This document shows positions 52,959 through 58,071 of a DNA stretch of 58,071 nucleotides, one piece after another. Position numbers and translations under genes: made by a program. Location of the stretch: positions 1 through 58,071 of IMG/VR virus record IMGVR_UViG_3300040946_000134. One strand, written 5' to 3'. This DNA comes from a virus (taxonomy: Duplodnaviria > Caudoviricetes). The notes beneath the pieces were generated by a model. The model had not been told where the DNA came from, did no database searches, and saw only the letters and a program-made list of their open reading frames with translations. Each line of letters opens with the position of its first letter. Position 1 is the stretch's first letter.

Positions 52959-54140
52959 TCAGTCCTTGTATGGGTCGAAGGTGTCCCTACCGGCCATTGC
53001 CACGCCGATTGGTTTCAGAATCTCCAGGATTCGAATAGTGCTGGAATGGGCGGCGAGAACGGAGTCGAGGCGCTTATAGGCCTGCGGGGATTCGTCTAGT
53101 CCTCCGCCGCGCAGCTCCACGTGGGCCCGGCCCACTACCCAGTCGTCCATCATTTCCTGGGTGATTTTCCCTTCCGAGATATGTACTTTCTCTCCGTTCT
53201 TCCAGCGGACCTTGCCGGCCGCTTCCGTCCGAGACATCGCGCGCCCGGCTCCGTGAACGGTGGAATAGAGGGATAGCTTGGCGTCGGGATGTTCTACGCC
53301 TTCTAGGATCACGGAGTTCTCGCCCATCGTCCCTCCGACAAACCCCTTCTGGCCGGGAAAGGCCGGGGTCGCTCCCTTGCGAACCACCCAAAGCCTCTCG
53401 CCGTCATGCGTCTCTTCCCAGGCGAAATTGTGATGGTTGTGAATCTCCGCTAAAACGCCCGCCCCGATTATCTGCGCCACCTTGGAGCAAACCCAATCTC
53501 GTCCAGCATAGGCGAAGCGGCCCGCCAGGTTCATGCAGGCCAGGTATTCCCGTCCGAGGTCCGTGTCCGTCTTCAGGACACACGGGTCCACGTTTATGCC
53601 GTCTTTGCCTCCAGCCGCTTTTATGTAATGGGTTGCCAGCTTATGGCCCAGTCCGCGGGACCCGAAGTGAACCCCGACCCAAATAAATCCGTTCGGGTCC
53701 TTGAATATGTCAACGTAATGATTCCCGGAGCCCACGGTGCCCAGCTGCTCCCGCGCCAGGTCCTTAAGAGAGGCAGCGGCTGGTATCTCCCAGGCTGGGT
53801 CGTCGAATAGCGGATGGTCGACCGTTTCCTTGTTCTTCCGTCCGACTCCGAAGCTGATGGTGTTCCAAACGTCATCCATTATCAGGGAAATTCTCGGCCA
53901 TACGTCCGCGGCCATTGCATTAAGCATCACGGCCTTGTTCCCGCAGGCTATATCGTAGCCTACCCCCGACGGACTAATCGCCCCTTGGTACGCCACCACG
54001 CCGCCAACAGGCACCGCATAGCCCTGATGATGGTCCGCCATGAGCGCAACCCTGTAGGCAGTCTTCAGGCAGTTTCGCGCCTGGACCAGCGCGTTTTCCA
54101 GGGGCTCACCCCAGACCGGGATTCCGTCTATGATTTTCAT
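52959..54140 (-). CDS. rtcB: RtcB family RNA ligase
   Basis: MADHHQGY, GVGYDIACG, LGTVGSGNHY, HFGSRG, HNHHN, RKGATPA, HGAGR, DESPQAYK motifs. Confidence 0.95.
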   Translation of the reverse strand: MKIIDGIPVWGEPLENALVQARNCLKTAYRVALMADHHQGYAVPVGGVVAYQGAISPSGVGYDIACGNKAVMLNAMAADVWPRISLIMDDVWNTISFGVGRKNKETVDHPLFDDPAWEIPAAASLKDLAREQLGTVGSGNHYVDIFKDPNGFIWVGVHFGSRGLGHKLATHYIKAAGGKDGINVDPCVLKTDTDLGREYLACMNLAGRFAYAGRDWVCSKVAQIIGAGVLAEIHNHHNFAWEETHDGERLWVVRKGATPAFPGQKGFVGGTMGENSVILEGVEHPDAKLSLYSTVHGAGRAMSRTEAAGKVRWKNGEKVHISEGKITQEMMDDWVVGRAHVELRGGGLDESPQAYKRLDSVLAAHSSTIRILEILKPIGVAMAGRDTFDPYKD

Positions 54141-54149
54141 GGTAGTAGG

Positions 54150-54323
54150 TTAATCGCACTGGTACTTTTCCATCAACCGGGCGACGACTTCCTTCTGCCT
54201 GTCTGTGAACTCCGTCCGGCGAAGGTTGCTCGTGATGAACTCGTATTCCCATTCTGTTAGGGCTGGCTCATCCTTCAGTTCATCCATTACCCGCCGGCAC
54301 TGGTCGTTGTTCGGGAGGATCAT
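54150..54323 (-). CDS. Hypothetical protein
   Basis: LTEWEYEFI...FTDRQ small conserved-looking motif. Confidence 0.5.
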   Translation of the reverse strand: MILPNNDQCRRVMDELKDEPALTEWEYEFITSNLRRTEFTDRQKEVVARLMEKYQCD

Positions 54324-54429
54324 ATTAAGAAAAGCGCCGCAACCGCCGCGATGCCAAGCCCAGCAGCCACGCCCAACCAAAAGGAGTACCAGGAGAAACG
54401 CCTTGGAGGGTAAGGGGTGGAAACAAGCT

Positions 54430-54672
54430 CTAGGAAGTGGGAGGGGTGCATGGGGGAATTTCTTTCGAGACCGAAGGAATGTAGAGTATGGTCATGAGTT
54501 CAGCGATTTTCCGCGCCCCTAATTCGCTTTTTATTGCGAGAGCGCCATCTGCTTCTCCCCAGGAATAGGTAACGCAGTCGCTATCAAACTGGAGAGACTT
54601 TAGCCAGCGGCCTTTTAAATCGCAGATTCCGAAGCGGGGAATGTTCATTTGAACAGGAGCCACGCGGACCAA
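54430..54672 (-). CDS. Hypothetical protein
   Basis: ORF track. Confidence 0.4.
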   Translation of the reverse strand: MVRVAPVQMNIPRFGICDLKGRWLKSLQFDSDCVTYSWGEADGALAIKSELGARKIAELMTILYIPSVSKEIPPCTPPTS

Positions 54673-54827
54673 GCGGCGAAGGCCATGTAACCGACCGCTT
54701 TCGCCGCATCATCCCAAGAGTTCACCGGAGTCCTTTCTCGCGGATAGCGCCCCATCGCTAAAAGAGCCAAGACTGCGGCCAGGCCGAGCAAGTTAAGTAT
54801 GAAGCAGGTCCAGAGAAAGGCGTTCAT
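54645..54827 (-). CDS. Small two-TM membrane protein
   Basis: Two hydrophobic segments. Confidence 0.5.
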   Translation of the reverse strand: MNAFLWTCFILNLLGLAAVLALLAMGRYPRERTPVNSWDDAAKAVGYMAFAAWSAWLLFK

Positions 54828-54965
54828 GTTTATGTTTAAGAGTTGTTGCCGGCCTGCCCCATTTTCCGCTTTATCATGACCCCCGCGGTTTCCCGAGTCG
54901 GACCGGCGCGACCCCGTACTGCCGCTGAAACTGTTCTTAGGAAGCTGCTCCTGGGTTGTAAAGAA

Positions 54966-55826
54966 CTATTGGGCCTCGAACTGGCGGACCTTCCAGGACG
55001 GGAGGCTGACCGGACGCATGACGTCCGGCTCCCCGGGCCACATCCCCGTCTCGAAGCAGCGGGTCAGCGTGGAGAGATCCCGCATGATTTCCTTCCACCC
55101 GATCTCCATGGACTGGGTATCCGGGACGCGCAAGACCGCCTGGAACGGCTCATTCTTTTCCACCACGAGGAAGAGCATCTGAGGCTCCATCCTCTCTAGC
55201 CCAAGAACCTTGGCCATCACCGCTCGGTAGAAGGCCGCGCCCCGGTAGTAATCGAACTTGCTGAACTGCTGGTCGAAGTTCGCCAGGTGGTCGATGGTCT
55301 TCACGTTCACGTCCATGGGTGGACCGCCGCCCGGCGGCTTCTCCAGAAACCAGTCGGACCGGCATTGCAGCTTGTAGAAGGGCATCTGCGCCCTGAACGT
55401 CACCTCCGGCCGTCCCAGACTTGGGTTCAGAATCTCGCAGATTCCCGGCTTCTCCCGGATGGCCTCCACCATCCTCCAGGCCAGCTTGCAGTCGTCCTCA
55501 GTGACGATCTCCTTGCCGGAGTACTGCTTGACGAACTCGTCCCAGGCTGCGATCGCGGCTTTGGTTTTCCCCTCCGCTTCCCTTGGGAGAACGGCGAAGT
55601 TCGCTTTCGTCGCGTCTTCCCCCTCCAGGGCCAGCGAATGGAAATACCGACCGAAAGCCTTCGCCTTGCTGTCCGATTCGTCCTTTATGGATTTTGAGAT
55701 GAATTTCTTGTAGAAGAGGAGTGGGTGCGGGTACAGGTAATAGAGATCGTGGACGCCGAAGGCGGTGCTGCGGTTATGGTACTCATCCATCGTCTCATCG
55801 AAGAGGACTCCGAGGCGGTCACTCAT
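54966..55826 (-). CDS. RecE/exonuclease VIII-like PD-(D/E)XK nuclease (DUF3799-like)
   Basis: FGRYFHSLALE, PEVTF, QCRSDW, DVNVKT, YYRGAAFY, FLVVEKNEPF, CFETGMWPG. Confidence 0.85.
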   Translation of the reverse strand: MSDRLGVLFDETMDEYHNRSTAFGVHDLYYLYPHPLLFYKKFISKSIKDESDSKAKAFGRYFHSLALEGEDATKANFAVLPREAEGKTKAAIAAWDEFVKQYSGKEIVTEDDCKLAWRMVEAIREKPGICEILNPSLGRPEVTFRAQMPFYKLQCRSDWFLEKPPGGGPPMDVNVKTIDHLANFDQQFSKFDYYRGAAFYRAVMAKVLGLERMEPQMLFLVVEKNEPFQAVLRVPDTQSMEIGWKEIMRDLSTLTRCFETGMWPGEPDVMRPVSLPSWKVRQFEAQ

Positions 55827-56011
55827 AGCGCGGCTCCTTTCGCATAGTAATTCTCCATGGTCTTCTTCATCTCCTCAGCGCTGATTCCCAGAGAGGCCGA
55901 GAACGCTCCTTCCAGGTAGATTCCAACGAGCAGGCGTCCTATGCCCTTCTTTTCCAGGGTCGCGTACCACGCCTGAAGCGACAGAAGTTCTTCCTTGGTC
56001 GGGGCGCTCAT
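55823..56011 (-). CDS. Hypothetical protein
   Basis: Coupled ORF. Confidence 0.5.
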   Translation of the reverse strand: MSAPTKEELLSLQAWYATLEKKGIGRLLVGIYLEGAFSASLGISAEEMKKTMENYYAKGAAL

Positions 56012-56709
56012 TTCGCGGCCCCCTCCCCGGCGCACGCTTCATCGAGGCTGTGCGTCACGTTCTTCGGTTCCTCAGGAATGTCCCGGATCTCCTCCACGGT
56101 GTAGATGCCCCGCATTATGTCCGGGCAGAGATCCCGGAAGGCGTAGGTTCGCGCCCGCATGAAAAGCATCCGGCCCGGGTTGGTTATCCAGGGCGTGTCC
56201 TCGCCGTTCGATCCGCGCTTCTGCCAGATCTTCGCCGTCTTCGCGTCGTCCACCGTGTAGGTTCGTATGATCGGGTCAGCCCTGTCCTTCCGCTTCACGG
56301 TGATCTTCCAGCCCCAGGAGTCCTTTCCCTTCTCTCCAATCTCCTCATCCTTGTAGGACTCGATGACTTTGGCGCAGACTCCGGGGACCGCATCACCCCA
56401 AAGGGACGGTCGGCCACGGACCACGTACACGGAGTTCAGGGCAGAGAGTGGCGGCAGGCCTAGCTCCATGCCGTACTGTATTGCCACCAGGACGGCCTCC
56501 GGCGTCTTGAACGCCGACGGAGCGAGTCCGGAAGTCATCACCGCCTTTGCGAATATGAGGGCCTGCTCGACGTTCGTGAGAACAACGCCCCGGCCCTCCA
56601 TTTGCATCAGGGCGGACTTGCTTGGTGCCCCGGCCGCGGGCGCGGCTGCTGGAGCTGGTGCGGCAGACGGTTGCGTGGCCGCGTCTAATTCAGTTTGGGT
56701 TCCGTTCAT
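56008..56709 (-). CDS. RecT-like single-strand annealing recombinase
   Basis: SGLAP, GMELGLPPLSALNSVYVVRGRPSLWGD, PWITNPGRMLFMRA, RDLCPDIMRGIYTVEE. Confidence 0.85.
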   Translation of the reverse strand: MNGTQTELDAATQPSAAPAPAAAPAAGAPSKSALMQMEGRGVVLTNVEQALIFAKAVMTSGLAPSAFKTPEAVLVAIQYGMELGLPPLSALNSVYVVRGRPSLWGDAVPGVCAKVIESYKDEEIGEKGKDSWGWKITVKRKDRADPIIRTYTVDDAKTAKIWQKRGSNGEDTPWITNPGRMLFMRARTYAFRDLCPDIMRGIYTVEEIRDIPEEPKNVTHSLDEACAGEGAAK

Positions 56710-56751
56710 GGGTTTATTTTAGGTTCAGGGTTATGCTCTAAAGTAAGGGAC

Positions 56752-57006
56752 TTAGGCGGCTGTCTGTCTAGAGTGAAGAGCGGCCATTCTGCGCTTGGCC
56801 CGGTTGCCGCTGCCGTAGGCCTCCGCGCTTTGCATCGCCGCCTCGAAAGCCACCTTCACGGCCCAGGTCCTCGGCCAGAGTTGGTTCGCTAGGCCGTCTC
56901 GATAGGCCCGCAAGATCTCGCACAAAACCGGCTCTCGCTCCAGCTCATAGATGCGGTAGTCGTGGAGGATGGTTCCGAGTTCAAGGGAGGCAGGGAAGGT
57001 TCTCAT
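56752..57006 (-). CDS. Hypothetical protein
   Basis: Coupled ORF. Confidence 0.45.
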   Translation of the reverse strand: MRTFPASLELGTILHDYRIYELEREPVLCEILRAYRDGLANQLWPRTWAVKVAFEAAMQSAEAYGSGNRAKRRMAALHSRQTAA

Positions 57007-57284
57007 GCAGTCCTCCCTTCGTTAGCCAAGACTTCCTTTCGCTGTTCTGGGGTCTTGGCATAGTCGGGAATAGCATTGAGGTAAACTACCCCATTTTCGT
57101 GATAGCAGCTTGGTACTCTCACCTTGCGGTAAGCCTCATGAATCCACATTGGGACGTTTGAATAGAGCTTGAATTTCGTAACCATCCTGGCAGTCGGCAG
57201 AGACCAGCAACGCTTCACACCGTAGGGGTTGTTGTCGTTGTAAAAGTTGTTGTAACAGCCGGAGCAATGGGAGCAGTCTTTCAT
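57003..57284 (-). CDS. Cys-rich hypothetical protein
   Basis: CSHCSGCYNNFYN...CWS...VPSCY. Confidence 0.55.
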   Translation of the reverse strand: MKDCSHCSGCYNNFYNDNNPYGVKRCWSLPTARMVTKFKLYSNVPMWIHEAYRKVRVPSCYHENGVVYLNAIPDYAKTPEQRKEVLANEGRTA

Positions 57285-57487
57285 GGGTCTTTCATTGGGT
57301 TCTTCGACCACGCAAGAAGCTCGGCGGCGATTAGCTCGGCGTCTTGTGCGCTTAATTGAATGTATCTCCAGGTTCCATCGCATTGCTGCGTAAGTTGGAT
57401 GCATGCGCCACGCCCCGCACCCCCAAAGAAGCGCGTGAGGGATATAGGAGTAAAGGAGGTTTCAATGCGTTTTAGCTCGGTGCTCAT
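57281..57487 (-). CDS. Hypothetical protein
   Basis: LTRFFGGAGRGACIQLTQ motif; coupled. Confidence 0.55.
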   Translation of the reverse strand: MSTELKRIETSFTPISLTRFFGGAGRGACIQLTQQCDGTWRYIQLSAQDAELIAAELLAWSKNPMKDP

Positions 57488-57491
57488 GGCA

Positions 57492-57752
57492 TCAGTCTCC
57501 CGTGAACTCTCGCTCCGCATACCAGCGCCCCAGTTCATCCCCGGCTGGAGTCCCAGGCTGCGGGAAGTTCTCCGGCTCCGGCGCTACCGAGAACTTGTGC
57601 ATCACCTCTCCAAACTCCTCCCAGGATAGCCTCTTGATGGGTCCGGAGAAGATGTTTCGCGGCTTGATAGGCTGTCTATTCGCTGGCCACTCCACCGCGT
57701 CTAGTGCGGCGTCGGCGGGTATCGTGGTGCGGTTGTCGGGTGTGGGGATCAT
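57492..57752 (-). CDS. Hypothetical protein
   Basis: ATG overlapping upstream TGA. Confidence 0.45.
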   Translation of the reverse strand: MIPTPDNRTTIPADAALDAVEWPANRQPIKPRNIFSGPIKRLSWEEFGEVMHKFSVAPEPENFPQPGTPAGDELGRWYAEREFTGD

Positions 57753-58071
57753 TTGTCGGCCTTTATTGATTGTTTCGACGCAAGCCGCGCCTGAATCCAC
57801 GCCTCGCATTTGGTTTTAATTTCTTTTTTTGAGGCGGCGGAGGAGGCGTAGGCGGCGGCGGAGGAGGCGGCGGCGGAGGAGGCGGCGTCGGAGGCGTAGG
57901 CGGCGGCGGAGGAGGCGGCGGCGGAGGAGGCGGCGTCGGAGGCGTAGGCGGAGGCGTAGGCGGCGTCGGAGGCGGCGTCGGAGGCGTAGGCGGCGGCGGC
58001 GGCGTAGGCGGCGGCGGCGTCGGAGGCGTAGGCGGCGGAGGAGGCGTAGGCGGCGGCGGCGTCGGAGGCGT
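57749..58071 (-). CDS. Partial ORF with Ala-rich repeats (AAYAS/DAASS), 5' end outside window
   Basis: GCC-rich low-complexity run 57831-58071 in frame with ...SKKEIKTKCEAWIQARLASKQSIKADK*. Confidence 0.65.
   Translation of the reverse strand, partial: ASDAAAAYASSAAYASDAAAAYAAAAAYASDAASDAAYASAYASDAASSAAASSAAAYASDAASSAAASSAAAYASSAASKKEIKTKCEAWIQARLASKQSIKADK

Noticed and set aside
57831-58071. Possible CRISPR, telomere-like or assembly repeat
   Set aside because: Triplet-phased GCC-rich sequence encoding an Ala-rich tract in an open frame
1-58071. Integrase/att site, or contractile injection system/tailocin interpretation
   Set aside because: No integrase in the window, so lifestyle is undetermined; terminase, portal and capsid show a true phage

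Overview
The window is a contiguous piece of a tailed (contractile-tail, myovirus-type) phage or prophage genome, encoded almost entirely on the minus strand. No integrase or host genes are visible. Read in transcription order (right to left): a RecT/RecE-like recombination pair, rtcB, a replication initiator with a DnaC-like loader, small early/middle genes (KH-domain protein, RusA-like, TAGT-like glycosyltransferase, UDG-like, DnaA-domain-IV protein, lysozyme-like, peptide deformylase), terminase and portal. An ~10 kb insert then separates the portal from the gp7/Mu-F head gene. It holds glycosyl/methyltransferases, a dense array of 36 tRNA genes covering all 20 amino acids, an unassigned ~177-nt structured RNA and an HNH gene. 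Capsid, neck, sheath/tube, tape measure, baseplate and beta-helix/LamG tail-region genes follow. The most striking element is the apparent control of the tRNA array. A promoter precedes a 25-codon leader ORF in which every codon is different and each calls a different tRNA species, followed by mutually exclusive antiterminator/terminator hairpins: a candidate pan-tRNA translational attenuator. The array is bracketed by a perfect 15-bp inverted repeat resembling boxA. All 36 tRNAs lack the TTC T-loop and show compensatory D-loop changes. All protein calls come from motif recognition and gene order by eye; no searches were run. A Verrucomicrobia/PVC-type host is only a weak inference.
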